Source of the DNA: Leptospiraceae bacterium
Lineage (GTDB): Bacteria > Spirochaetota > Leptospiria > Leptospirales > Leptonemataceae
NCBI GenBank assembly: GCA_040217195.1
Contig: JAVJNR010000004.1
Span: 448,001 to 512,000 of the forward strand
Length of the DNA stretch: 64,000 bases
Direction of reading: 5' to 3'
A model generated the notes under the pieces. That model did no database searches. It saw only the letters and a list, made by a program, of their open reading frames with translations, and was not told where the DNA came from. The stretch's first letter is position 1. Every line of letters starts with the position of its first letter. The translations under genes were made by a program, and so were the position numbers. Positions 39,888-49,750 of the stretch are shown here, piece by piece.

Positions 39888-41968
39888 TACTACTTTTGTT
39901 TGCCGCCCTCCCCTGGGCGGTCCTATCCTGTAACTCACCGCACTTTGCCGGAGCCGGTCCCATTTTTCTGGACGACCAGGTAGAGTATCTCCGGGCCGCC
40001 ACCGCATTTCGCTACACCCTGCTGCCTGAAAGCGCCAGCGTTAAAGATGCACTGGCAGATGAGAATTATCAGCCCATCCGATCGGCCTATCCGAACTTTG
40101 GAATCCAGACCGAGACTCTGTGGCTGAGTGCAGAAGTTCACATAGAAACAGATCATCCATTTATTCTAGAGGTAGCATCGCCCCGCTTACGTAAGATAGA
40201 ATTTTTTCAGATCCAGGATGGCAGGATTCTATCCACCGCCAGCGGTACCGAAGCTTCACTGAGAGATCATCCATATTTTCGATTTCCACTGCTAAAAACC
40301 GGAAATGCCAGCCGGGTCTTGATTCGCCTGATTTCTGACGATACTCTTACACTTCCTGTCTATCTCTGGAAAGATGATAAGATGCAGAAAGTGGATTTGC
40401 TTCGCCACTTTGGCTTTGGGGCTTTCTTCGGATTGATGCTTTCACTTAGTATTTACAACTTCTTCATCTTCTTCTCCACCGGCGACCGGGCCTATTTGTA
40501 CTATGTTTTATACATCCTGGGCTTTGGGATTTTCCTATCCGTATTATACGGCTATCAATCATATTTCTTTCCTCTGTCCAGTTATCGATACCAGGCCATG
40601 ATGGCCCCTGTATTTAGCGTAATTACATCCATGTTTGCGCTACTGTTCAGTCAGGGGTTCCTGCTGATTCGCAGCTACTCCCGCATTTTATTTCGTACAG
40701 GCCTGGTGATTCTGACCATTGGGGCATTGTTGCTCTTAATTATACCGTTTCTACATGCCAGCCTATCTATTGTTCTGGCCAACATCTATCCGGTGCTTTC
40801 AGTCATTCTTGTAACAACCAACATTGCCTACTCCTGGAAATCTGGCTTCAGACCTGCCCGGTATTTTGCCCTGGCCTGGTCATTTCTGCTGATTAGTGTT
40901 GTATATTTTGTTCTCGGAAACATGGGCGTGGTCCCCGGAAGCTTTCTAAGTCATTACGGAAGTATATTTGGAGCCTCTCTGGAGGCCACCCTGCTAAGTC
41001 TGGCCCTTGGATATAGAATTAACGATTTGCGCGAAAGACAGGAAGCAGCCCAGAAACAGATACTCGAAGAACAGCAAAAAGCCCTGGCATTGCAGCAGCA
41101 GTATACGGAAAGCTTCCGACGATTTGTTCCGGATCAGTTTTTGCATTATCTGAAGAAAGAAAGCATCCTGGAAGTGGCTCGCGGAGACTCCATCCAAAGT
41201 GAAATGACCGTACTATTTTCCGATTTGAGGGATTTCACCGAATTCTCCGAACAGGCCGGCGAAGAGCTGGTATTCCATTTTCTAAATCTTTACCTGGAAC
41301 AAATGCAACCTATCATCCAGAAGCATGGGGGTTTCATAGATAAGTTCATTGGAGATGCCATCATGGCTCTATTCCCGGATCCCCAAAAAGCGGTTCTTGC
41401 TTCGGTAGATATGGTAAAAGAATTACGGTCAATGCAATCCAGCTCATCGTCCCAGGATGATAGAACCCTCAACAATACTCTTATGGAATCAGGATGTGGT
41501 CTGCACCATGGTTCATTGATGCTGGGAACCGTTGGCTCAAGCGACAGACTGGAAACCACAGTCATTGGCGATACAGTGAATATGGCCAGCCGGCTGGAAT
41601 CTTTGAACAAATCCCTGGGTACAAAGATTCTGATTTCCAGAACTGTTCAGTCAGGTATTGCCCCGGATTCGACCCTGCACGGTGTAATGAGGCAAATAGG
41701 CACCTGGCATATCCGAGGAAAGGCGGAGGCTCAGGCATTATTTGAAGTGTACGGTGCTGATCCAGAGTTGCTGCAGGATTTTAAAACCAGCAGCCGGGAC
41801 GAAGTGGAGTCTGTGGCATCGATGCTGCCGCAAAGCAAGAATGATCCGGGGCTCAAAAGGGCCCTTAAAGAAAGACTGGAGGCCCATCTAGATACAGTGC
41901 CAGAAGGCTATCAAGATGGAGCAGCCAGGTACTTGATGAAACAGTTGGAGCCGCCATCGGGAAGCTAA
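39791..41968 (+). CDS. 7TM-DISM class III adenylate/guanylate cyclase
   Basis: DISM domain and 7TM (YNFFIFFSTGDRAYLYY), then catalytic LFSDLRDFT, DKFIGDAIMA and TVIGDTVNMASRLE. The Lys/Thr pair suggests ATP. True start is probably near 39890. Confidence 0.92.
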   Translation: MGSMECKSGIRNPLSSAGRNRKRSSKLFARRVVLLLFAALPWAVLSCNSPHFAGAGPIFLDDQVEYLRAATAFRYTLLPESASVKDALADENYQPIRSAYPNFGIQTETLWLSAEVHIETDHPFILEVASPRLRKIEFFQIQDGRILSTASGTEASLRDHPYFRFPLLKTGNASRVLIRLISDDTLTLPVYLWKDDKMQKVDLLRHFGFGAFFGLMLSLSIYNFFIFFSTGDRAYLYYVLYILGFGIFLSVLYGYQSYFFPLSSYRYQAMMAPVFSVITSMFALLFSQGFLLIRSYSRILFRTGLVILTIGALLLLIIPFLHASLSIVLANIYPVLSVILVTTNIAYSWKSGFRPARYFALAWSFLLISVVYFVLGNMGVVPGSFLSHYGSIFGASLEATLLSLALGYRINDLRERQEAAQKQILEEQQKALALQQQYTESFRRFVPDQFLHYLKKESILEVARGDSIQSEMTVLFSDLRDFTEFSEQAGEELVFHFLNLYLEQMQPIIQKHGGFIDKFIGDAIMALFPDPQKAVLASVDMVKELRSMQSSSSSQDDRTLNNTLMESGCGLHHGSLMLGTVGSSDRLETTVIGDTVNMASRLESLNKSLGTKILISRTVQSGIAPDSTLHGVMRQIGTWHIRGKAEAQALFEVYGADPELLQDFKTSSRDEVESVASMLPQSKNDPGLKRALKERLEAHLDTVPEGYQDGAARYLMKQLEPPSGS

Positions 41969-43569
41969 AGTGTTTCGGTTACTTCTTCGGTGGGAGCTGT
42001 AAAGGAACGATTGATGGCATCTATATAAGCTCGGGCCGAGGCTTCCACAATATCGGTACTGGTTGCTTTGCCGGCAAAGCTTCTACCAGCAATCTTCAGC
42101 AGGACGCTGGCCACGGCCTGGGCATCCCTTCCTTCGCTCAATGGTTGAATGCGAAACCGATCCACTTTGATTTCCAATCCTGTGAGTCGTTCCAGTACAT
42201 TGTAGATTGCATCCACCGGTCCATCGCCGCAGGCAGCATCTGTAATGGCCCGGGGTTCCTCTGGTTTTTCATGATCGATTAGTTTGACAGTAGCTGTAGG
42301 TACTGTGCCGCTCCCTGCGGAGACATGAAGACTTCCCAGTTCGTAGCGCTGAAATTCCTGCTCGGCCTGCGTATCATTCACGAGAGACAGTATGTCTTCA
42401 TCGTAAACTTCCTTTTTCTTATCTGCCAGATCCAGAAAGCGATTCCAGACCTGCTGAAACTCCTCTTCTTCAAGCACATAACCCAGACGGACCAATCGGT
42501 CTTTAAATGCATGTCTTCCGCTATGACGGCCAAGCACCATTCGGTTGCTTTCCAGGCCCACGGATTCTGGAGTCATGATTTCGTAGGTCAGTCGATTCTT
42601 CAGCACACCATCCTGGTGTATTCCACTCTCATGTGCGAAAGCATTGTCACCAACAATGGCTTTATTGGGCTGAACGCTCATTCCAGTAACCTGGCGGATC
42701 AGCCGACTGGAACGGATAATTTCCTCTGTATGGATATTCGTGTGTAGCCCGTAGAATTCACCACGAGTACGTAGCGCCATAGCCACCTCTTCCATGGCCG
42801 TGTTGCCGGCCCTTTCGCCAATGCCATTAATCGTACATTCGATTTGCCTGGCACCATTCTTAACAGCCGCAAGACTATTCGCAGTGGCCATGCCCAGATC
42901 ATTATGACAGTGAGCACTGAATCGAATGTTTTGTGAATCCGGAACATGTTTAATCAGATGAGCGAAAAGTGCTCCGTATTCTTCGGGCGTGGTATATCCA
43001 ACTGTATCGGGAATATTTATGGTAGTGGCTCCTGCCTCCACGACCCTGGAAACAAGCTCTACAAGAAAATCCCATTCACTTCTTGTGGCATCTTCCGGTG
43101 AGAATTCCACATCTTCCACCAGATCTCGGGCCTGCTTCACTGCTTCAACAGCCAGCTCCAGCACTTCATGGGGCTCCTTTCCCAGCTTGTATTTCATATG
43201 AATAGGACTGGATGCCAGAAAGGTATGTATTCTTTTTCTACGAGCATCTTTCAAAGCGTCCGCAGCGATTTCAATATCCCGGGGCACAGCACGGGCCAAT
43301 GCTGCTATAATGGGGGATTCCAGTTCGCGCGCCACTCGCTGGACTGCTCGAAACTGCACCGGACTGGATACTGGAAACCCAGCCTCGATAACATCCACTC
43401 CCAGAGCTTCCAGGCGGTGAGCCACTTCCAGCTTTTGATCCTCGGTCATGGCAGCACCGGGACATTGCTCTCCGTCTCTTAGAGTCGTATCGAATATATA
43501 TACCAGCCCGGCATCGTTTTGCCGGGCGATGGAATTTTCCAATGTGCCCTGTGGTTCTGAGTTGCTCAT
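41965..43569 (-). CDS. leuA: 2-isopropylmalate synthase
   Basis: DTTLRDGEQ, HCHNDLG, GERAGN, AHESGIHQDG, and a regulatory domain with GDGPVDA. Confidence 0.97.
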   Translation of the reverse strand: MSNSEPQGTLENSIARQNDAGLVYIFDTTLRDGEQCPGAAMTEDQKLEVAHRLEALGVDVIEAGFPVSSPVQFRAVQRVARELESPIIAALARAVPRDIEIAADALKDARRKRIHTFLASSPIHMKYKLGKEPHEVLELAVEAVKQARDLVEDVEFSPEDATRSEWDFLVELVSRVVEAGATTINIPDTVGYTTPEEYGALFAHLIKHVPDSQNIRFSAHCHNDLGMATANSLAAVKNGARQIECTINGIGERAGNTAMEEVAMALRTRGEFYGLHTNIHTEEIIRSSRLIRQVTGMSVQPNKAIVGDNAFAHESGIHQDGVLKNRLTYEIMTPESVGLESNRMVLGRHSGRHAFKDRLVRLGYVLEEEEFQQVWNRFLDLADKKKEVYDEDILSLVNDTQAEQEFQRYELGSLHVSAGSGTVPTATVKLIDHEKPEEPRAITDAACGDGPVDAIYNVLERLTGLEIKVDRFRIQPLSEGRDAQAVASVLLKIAGRSFAGKATSTDIVEASARAYIDAINRSFTAPTEEVTETL

Positions 43570-43694
43570 CTCTAGGACAAATTAACGGCCGGTTTTCGCC
43601 TCGCAAAACCTTTTTTAGCCTGGAAATGGATCACAACGAGGTACTTAAGCATACATTTACTTGTCAAATATCCGCCATGGTACCCTGATTAGTC

Positions 43695-44429
43695 ATGGCC
43701 GATTCTACAGATCCATTTGAACGGTTTTCGGCCAATCTGTATCTCCAGGAATACTATGGCAGTATTGGAGAGGAGAATCAATTCATACTGGATTTTCTTC
43801 ATGAGACCTATGAATCCTGGAAGCCAGTTATTGTGCAGGATATTGGCGGCGGGCCTACCATCTACCAGCTTATCAGCGCTTCCAGAGTCTGCAGAGAAAT
43901 CGAAATCTTCGAATATCTGGAGGAAAACCGCCAGGCTGTGCAGAGCTGGCGTGAGCAATCTTCCGAAAGCTTCAACTGGACTGAATATTTCCAGGCTGTG
44001 GCCCTCAGGGAGAACCAGGCGACCGTGGATGTGGAAAATCGCCTGAGGCAGAAGATTCGTTCCGTGCAAACGATTGATCTGTTCGATCCTTCAGAATTGC
44101 CTCATACACCGGCCAGCGATGGACTCCCAAATGCAATTTCTTCGCATTTTTGTGTAGAATCCATTACCAGCGATGAAACTATGTTTTGCCGCGCCTGGGA
44201 CAATCTTACCTCACTGGTCCGAAAAGATGATTATTTGATTATGAGCCTGCTTAAGAATGCCCATCAATACCGGGCCGGCTCCTTTCATTTTCCCGCATTT
44301 CCTGTTGAAGAAATCTCCCTAAATGCTCGTCTTAAAGAAAAGGGCTTTCGAGAAATTACAATGCAAACCGTTCCTGCCGAACATGGACGGGACTACGAAG
44401 GTATAATCTGTGTCCGTGCAATTCGATAA
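43695..44429 (+). CDS. NNMT/PNMT/TEMT(INMT)-family SAM-dependent N-methyltransferase
   Basis: F...YLQEYY, DIGGGPTIYQLISA, Y..EN...V..W...FNW, RLRQKI..V...D, S.FCVE and Y.AG..F: colinear with the animal NNMT/PNMT signature blocks. Confidence 0.88.
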   Translation: MADSTDPFERFSANLYLQEYYGSIGEENQFILDFLHETYESWKPVIVQDIGGGPTIYQLISASRVCREIEIFEYLEENRQAVQSWREQSSESFNWTEYFQAVALRENQATVDVENRLRQKIRSVQTIDLFDPSELPHTPASDGLPNAISSHFCVESITSDETMFCRAWDNLTSLVRKDDYLIMSLLKNAHQYRAGSFHFPAFPVEEISLNARLKEKGFREITMQTVPAEHGRDYEGIICVRAIR

Positions 44430-45912
44430 ATCAGAATTCGAAGAAAGGCAAAGCAGGAAGCCAATTCTGGAAGCACTGCGGCGACATCATGATGAAGGGA
44501 TAGTTCCGTTTCATGTTCCGGGGCATAAGTATGGTGCAGGGAATCCATTGATGACCGAATATTTTGGTCATGCCATGCTTCAGTCAGATCTTAATGCCAT
44601 GAGCGATATTGATGATTTGGCCAATCCGGTAAGTGTTATTAAAGAAGCTCAGGACCTGACTGCGGAAGCCTTTGGAGCGGACCATGCATACTTCTTAATC
44701 AATGGAACCACTTCAGGAATTCATGCGATGATTCTGTCTGCCCTGGGACAGAGAGAGAGAATCATTGTTCCCAGAGATGGACATAAATCCATGTATTCTG
44801 CTTTAATCCTTTCTGGCGCCAGTCCTATCTTTATACCTCCGGCTATTCATCCGGAGTATGGATTTCCACTTCCTCCAGACCCAGCAGACATTGAGTCCAT
44901 TTTCTCCGAAGTAAATCAAATTCAATCCATAGAGATCAAGGGATTGTTTTTGATCAACCCTTCCTACTATGGTCTGGCCCCCAGGTTAGATACAATATCA
45001 TCCATTGCCAGCAGAGAGAATGTTGCCCTTCTGGTCGATGAAGCTCATGGTAGTCATTTCTATTTCCATCCTGATTTGCCCAGCACGGCCATGGAAGTAG
45101 GCGCATCTGCCAGCGCTTTAAGCATGCATAAGACCGGCGGCTCCCTTACCCAGGCATCGCTTCTACTGAGACAGGGAAATAGAATTAGCAATGATACAAT
45201 ACGAAACATACTGGATATTCTTCGCACTTCATCATCCTCCTATCTATTAATGAGCAGTCTCGATACGGCTCGCTCTCAGCTTGCCCTGGAAGGAGAATCT
45301 TTGCTGGAGAAAACTCTGGAGCTAAGCCGAAGAGCCAGAAAGGAGATCAACGAAATTCCAGGATTGATAGCTCCTGGAGTTGAGGAGTTGAAGCCGGATC
45401 AAAGAATTGGTGGCTTCGATGAAACCAGACTGACAATTTGCGTCAATGGACTTGGATTGAATGGCTTCGATGTTGAAAGGATTTTGCGAAGCGATTATCG
45501 TATTCAAATCGAAATGGCTGATTTCCACACCGTGGTTGCAATTGTTACTTTTGGAGATACCTGGCAGAGACTGGAAACTTTGATTCGTGCATTAAAAGAT
45601 CTGGCCGGTCGATCCTCGGGACGAAGCAAATTAACCAGGTTTCCGGACCATCCCGGTGTTCCTCCAAGAGTCATGAACCCGAGAGATGCCTTCTATTCTA
45701 GAAAAACGAGAGTGGACCTTGAACAATCTGATGGCAGTATTTGCGGAGAGATGATTATGGCTTATCCTCCAGGTATTCCGGTAATTTGTCCCGGGGAGGT
45801 TGTTACCCGGGAAATCATCGAGCATGTGCAGGCACTTAAAAAGGCCGGCGCTTCACTTCAGGGCATGGCCGATATTACCGCCAGTCGGGTCCAAATTGTA
45901 GAGGGCTCTTAA
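44410..45912 (+). CDS. Orn/Lys/Arg decarboxylase (fold-type I PLP, SpeA/YaaO-like, no wing domain)
   Basis: FHVPGHK, LINGTTSG, NPSYYG, VDEAHG, PLP lysine in SMHKT, SSSYLLMSSLD and YPPGIPVICPGE. Confidence 0.92.
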   Translation: MSVQFDKSEFEERQSRKPILEALRRHHDEGIVPFHVPGHKYGAGNPLMTEYFGHAMLQSDLNAMSDIDDLANPVSVIKEAQDLTAEAFGADHAYFLINGTTSGIHAMILSALGQRERIIVPRDGHKSMYSALILSGASPIFIPPAIHPEYGFPLPPDPADIESIFSEVNQIQSIEIKGLFLINPSYYGLAPRLDTISSIASRENVALLVDEAHGSHFYFHPDLPSTAMEVGASASALSMHKTGGSLTQASLLLRQGNRISNDTIRNILDILRTSSSSYLLMSSLDTARSQLALEGESLLEKTLELSRRARKEINEIPGLIAPGVEELKPDQRIGGFDETRLTICVNGLGLNGFDVERILRSDYRIQIEMADFHTVVAIVTFGDTWQRLETLIRALKDLAGRSSGRSKLTRFPDHPGVPPRVMNPRDAFYSRKTRVDLEQSDGSICGEMIMAYPPGIPVICPGEVVTREIIEHVQALKKAGASLQGMADITASRVQIVEGS

Positions 45913-46080
45913 GGCCTTCCAGTCAGGCCTGAGAGAATAAGGAACCCTAACTTCATTTCAGGCTGTTTCAGCGTAACAATTCCGGGCGAAATAAGATATT
46001 CAATGGAAGAAAAGGAAATCACTCGATGAAAAGATAGATTGAGAAATGGCGTTCTGATTGGCTACAAAGGCGGGATCGCA

Positions 46081-47913
46081 TCAGCTATCGTTGGATGCAA
46101 AGACAGGATCTTCATGGTCCGTGCGCGAGTACTTCTGACATCGTTCCAGATAAATCAGTGCCGCTCTATCTTCTGGCACCGCTTTATGAATGGCCATAAA
46201 GGTTTGCTCGGCTTCATCGAATCTCTTTTTATGGTATAACATTACTCCGTGCTCGAAATTCTCTTTCTGAGCGACCTTTCGCTCCACCAATTCCGGAGTA
46301 TCTCCATCCAGGACTTCATAGACCGGTACCGACTTGGTCTTTCCTTTTACTCTAACCTTACCCATGAACCGATAATTCACTTCCATGTCTTCCAGGGTCT
46401 GCCGTAGAGTAACTTCGCTGAGTATGATATGAGCACCCATTTTCTTGGTAAGACCTTCAAGCCTGCTGGCCAGATTCACAGCATCTGCGATGACAGTGCT
46501 TTCCATCCGTTCTTCTTCTCCGATGGTTCCCAGCATCAACACCCCGGTATGTAGACCCACACCAATATCGATGGGCATATATCCTTTCTCTTTTCTATAT
46601 ACATTGAAATCCAGAAGCTCCAGTCGCATATTGATGGCCGCTTCCACAGCACTTCTGGGAGTGTCTGGAAAAAGAGCCATGATCGCATCGCCAATGTATT
46701 TATCTATGAATCCGCGGGAATTTCGAATAACCGGTCCTACTCTTTTCAAATAGGAGTTCAGAAAGTTAAAGTTCTCCGAAGGTCTCAGAGATTCGGAAAT
46801 TGTAGTAAAGGAACGAATATCGGAAAAAAGAACCGTCATCTCTTTCTGGATTTGATCGCCCAGGCGAATATTCAATATACTTTCCTGACCCAGGTGCTGC
46901 AAAAACTCCCTGGGAACGAACCTGTAGTAGGAAGCGTTCAATGCTTGAAGATAATCTGAATAAGCACGAATCTCTTCAACCATGCTATTGAAAGTATCAG
47001 CCAGAACTCCCAATTCATCGTTGGTCTTAACATCTACCCTGGTTTCGTAATCTCGATCCTTTACTCGCAGTGCTCCATCCTGGAGTTTTCCGATGGGCCT
47101 GGACATTAGATTCGCAAGTATGTAAGAAAACACAAGAGAAAGAATCAGGGCCGCAACAACGCTAAAGACGCAAATGTAGAATAGTTCATTTACCTTGTTT
47201 ACTTCGCCGCTGGCATCGTAGTCCAGACCAAGGATTGCAATGGTTTCTCCAGTTTCATCCTTGATAGGCACAGCCGCTGAAAGCCACATCCCCCATCGGT
47301 CTGCCACGAAGTTCTCCTCCGCTGCAGGCTCTCCATTTATGGCTTTAATAAAGGATTGTTGTTTAACACCGTACAGGTTTCCAATTGGATTTTCCTCACC
47401 CTCGGTGTCGTAATCAGCATCAGCAAGAAATTTAAGGATTCGATGATCCGGACTATGCTTCACAGCTACGTACATGTACGCATATTTGATATTAGAATCC
47501 TGTACCTTGCCTTCCTGGGAAGGATCCACTCGTACGGTACTTTTCTTTATGGAACGAAGAATGGCAACCAGGCGCTGGAACTTCTTACCGTTCATCAGTT
47601 CCTGAGCTACTTCCGGACTGAGAGATTCTCGTGTATCTCCCTTGGCCACCTTCATGATTTCAGCCTTGGGACGAATATTCTTTTCTTTCAGGGTTTTTGA
47701 GAGATCCCGGATATAATCCAGGTCTTCCGGGGTCATGCTGTTAACAGAAGTTCGAGCGATGTCCATTAGACGACCGCCCATCACTTCCAGGATCATAGTT
47801 CTGGTACTGGTATAAATTAAATAAGCAGTCACACCCGTTGCAGTCACAGCCAGGGTGGAAACTACAAGCATCAGCTTCCAACGGAATGGAAACTTTCCGC
47901 GACCTGCTTTCAC
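46081..47913 (-). CDS. Cache-like sensor - HAMP - class III adenylate cyclase
   Basis: Two TMs around a Cache-type domain (DRWGMWLSAAVPIKD...GLD), HAMP (DELGVLADTFNSM), then LFSDIRSFT, DKYIGDAIMA and STVIADAVNLASRLE. Confidence 0.94.
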   Translation of the reverse strand: MKAGRGKFPFRWKLMLVVSTLAVTATGVTAYLIYTSTRTMILEVMGGRLMDIARTSVNSMTPEDLDYIRDLSKTLKEKNIRPKAEIMKVAKGDTRESLSPEVAQELMNGKKFQRLVAILRSIKKSTVRVDPSQEGKVQDSNIKYAYMYVAVKHSPDHRILKFLADADYDTEGEENPIGNLYGVKQQSFIKAINGEPAAEENFVADRWGMWLSAAVPIKDETGETIAILGLDYDASGEVNKVNELFYICVFSVVAALILSLVFSYILANLMSRPIGKLQDGALRVKDRDYETRVDVKTNDELGVLADTFNSMVEEIRAYSDYLQALNASYYRFVPREFLQHLGQESILNIRLGDQIQKEMTVLFSDIRSFTTISESLRPSENFNFLNSYLKRVGPVIRNSRGFIDKYIGDAIMALFPDTPRSAVEAAINMRLELLDFNVYRKEKGYMPIDIGVGLHTGVLMLGTIGEEERMESTVIADAVNLASRLEGLTKKMGAHIILSEVTLRQTLEDMEVNYRFMGKVRVKGKTKSVPVYEVLDGDTPELVERKVAQKENFEHGVMLYHKKRFDEAEQTFMAIHKAVPEDRAALIYLERCQKYSRTDHEDPVFASNDS

Positions 47914-49364
47914 ACATGCCCCCGAATATAAAGCACTATGCCATCCTCGCCTGGCAATGTAATGGCCCGGATTTGCTCATGCGCGGATTTTGCTGATCCT
48001 CTTTCCATATGTCTTAAGGCCGTTTCAATGCGCTGACCAAAAGCTTCGGTCAGTGTATGAAATACCAGACCGCTTTCAGGAACAGAGCCAAACTCTTCTC
48101 TTACAGCTTCGGCTCCCTTGTGCTCTGAATCCAGCAGATACATTTTTCCATGTGCTGGATTGGGTTGCAATTCTACGGAAATGAGCTTTCGAATGGGAAA
48201 TATCTCAAAAGCAGAATTCAGCAAATCTCTGATTTCCTGTTTTTTCCGGATTCGACTGTCCACATAACGGCAAAGAGCGGATGCGATTAAATCATCTGGC
48301 TCGGAGGAATCGTGCACCCAGCCCATCATGAAGAAATGGCCGGATTCCAGGGGAATGTGCTGGTAAAAGTGTCCGGGATTCTGGGTTCTTAACGGGCCCA
48401 TTTCTGCCTGCATCCAGTCTTCGTCCAGGGATACCTTCTCATAGGCATTGCTACGAAACGTAGACATCAAATCGTCGGTATTTCGAAATTGCTCCTGTTC
48501 GATCAGTGTTTTTCTGATTCGATCCAGGGTATCATAGAGAAGACTGGTCATGGTCCGAAACGTATTACCCAGATCGTTAAACTCTTCAATCAATCCGCTA
48601 CGAATCCGCACATCGTAATCTCCCTCAGCGGCCCGACTGGCTGCCTCGGTTAGATTGCCCAGTGTGCGCGACAGAATGCTGGCCAGAAATAAAGCTATAA
48701 CTACACCGGCCAGAGCGGCAACCAGCACTCCAATGCCAATCTCTACAATGCTGGCACGCATTTCATTCTTGATCCATGAGCCATCGTACTGGACACCAAG
48801 AATGGCAAAGTCCTCACCCCGGGTATTCTTGAGGATGGCCAGAGCCCACAGATTCTCGGGCGAATTTAAGCTAACGTCAAAATCAGCAATATAAACCCCT
48901 TCGCCACGTAGCTCACCCATTACTCCCGTCTGTCGAGTCAATTCCGTAACCCTGGCGCCTATGTCTTCAAAGCCTTCCGGAGCATAGGAGAATGCTACTT
49001 TTCTGCTCTCCGGGTCTAGAATAACAACTCCGGGCGCACCGGCACTGGACGTTTCATCTGGCCAGAAAAACGTGGAGATAGCACTGGTAGTTACCTGTGG
49101 CTTCCGTAAGTCGAACAGTTGTTGAACCCGATTCAAATCTCGTCTCAACAGTTCCGGCTGAATAGAGGCCAGACCTGGAGCGCCGGAAAGACGCTCCCTT
49201 GCTTCCAGGAATTCTCGCAGGGCCACTGCAAACGTGCGAATCTGTTCTTTGCCGCCGGATTCCAGTGTGCTTGTATCAGCGGCCCATTTTAGACCACCAA
49301 TCAATAGACCGGCCACCAGAAATACAGGCACCAGGAATAGAAGATTCTGTCCGCGAATAGTCAA
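47910..49364 (-). CDS. Membrane sensor with HAMP and degenerate SpoIIE/PP2C-like tail
   Basis: TM-periplasmic-TM-HAMP (EEFNDLGNTFRTM). The tail blocks PGHFYQ, MMGWVHD, VFHTLTEA and EDGIVLYIR resemble PP2C motifs without the Asp ligands. Confidence 0.7.
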   Translation of the reverse strand: MTIRGQNLLFLVPVFLVAGLLIGGLKWAADTSTLESGGKEQIRTFAVALREFLEARERLSGAPGLASIQPELLRRDLNRVQQLFDLRKPQVTTSAISTFFWPDETSSAGAPGVVILDPESRKVAFSYAPEGFEDIGARVTELTRQTGVMGELRGEGVYIADFDVSLNSPENLWALAILKNTRGEDFAILGVQYDGSWIKNEMRASIVEIGIGVLVAALAGVVIALFLASILSRTLGNLTEAASRAAEGDYDVRIRSGLIEEFNDLGNTFRTMTSLLYDTLDRIRKTLIEQEQFRNTDDLMSTFRSNAYEKVSLDEDWMQAEMGPLRTQNPGHFYQHIPLESGHFFMMGWVHDSSEPDDLIASALCRYVDSRIRKKQEIRDLLNSAFEIFPIRKLISVELQPNPAHGKMYLLDSEHKGAEAVREEFGSVPESGLVFHTLTEAFGQRIETALRHMERGSAKSAHEQIRAITLPGEDGIVLYIRGHV

Positions 49365-49750
49365 GAGCGAACCTCCTGACGAGCCTGAAGAGCCACAATA
49401 CCTTGCGCTATTTCTGGTAATTCATACATGGTTCTAAAGAAATATCCCTTTTCTAGAAGCAAACAGGTAGCTCCTTTGTCGGCGGCATAGATGCTTTCGC
49501 CCAATTCATGGTCAAATAACAGGGACTGGATTCCAAGAATTAGACCAGGAGATTTTCCGGAAGCATCGCGAAAGCCACCATTGAGACAGATCAGTAGCCT
49601 CTTCATGCTACGACCTGCTTCCAGCACCAGCTCATTTGGCTCGTAACTTCGCACAATGCAAACCTCTGCAAGGGCTGCCAGTTCTCCTTCGCGCAACCGA
49701 GAAAAGGGAAAAATATGCTGTAATGCTATGATTCTATCTGCCAGATTCAC
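49361..49750 (-). CDS. Stand-alone cyclic-nucleotide-binding (Crp-like) domain protein, degenerate
   Basis: IFPFSRL..GEL..LA....RSYEPNELVLEAG...LLI..G and terminal YF...PEIA pattern. The GE...R cassette is not conserved. Confidence 0.78.
   Translation of the reverse strand: MNLADRIIALQHIFPFSRLREGELAALAEVCIVRSYEPNELVLEAGRSMKRLLICLNGGFRDASGKSPGLILGIQSLLFDHELGESIYAADKGATCLLLEKGYFFRTMYELPEIAQGIVALQARQEVRS

Noticed and set aside
43570..43694. Leu-rich attenuator leader for leuA
   Set aside because: No short Leu-rich ORF or terminator found on the minus strand.
43695..45912. Guanitoxin gene cluster
   Set aside because: Only a GntF-related family member is present; no hydroxylase, cyclodehydratase, kinase or O-methyltransferase nearby.
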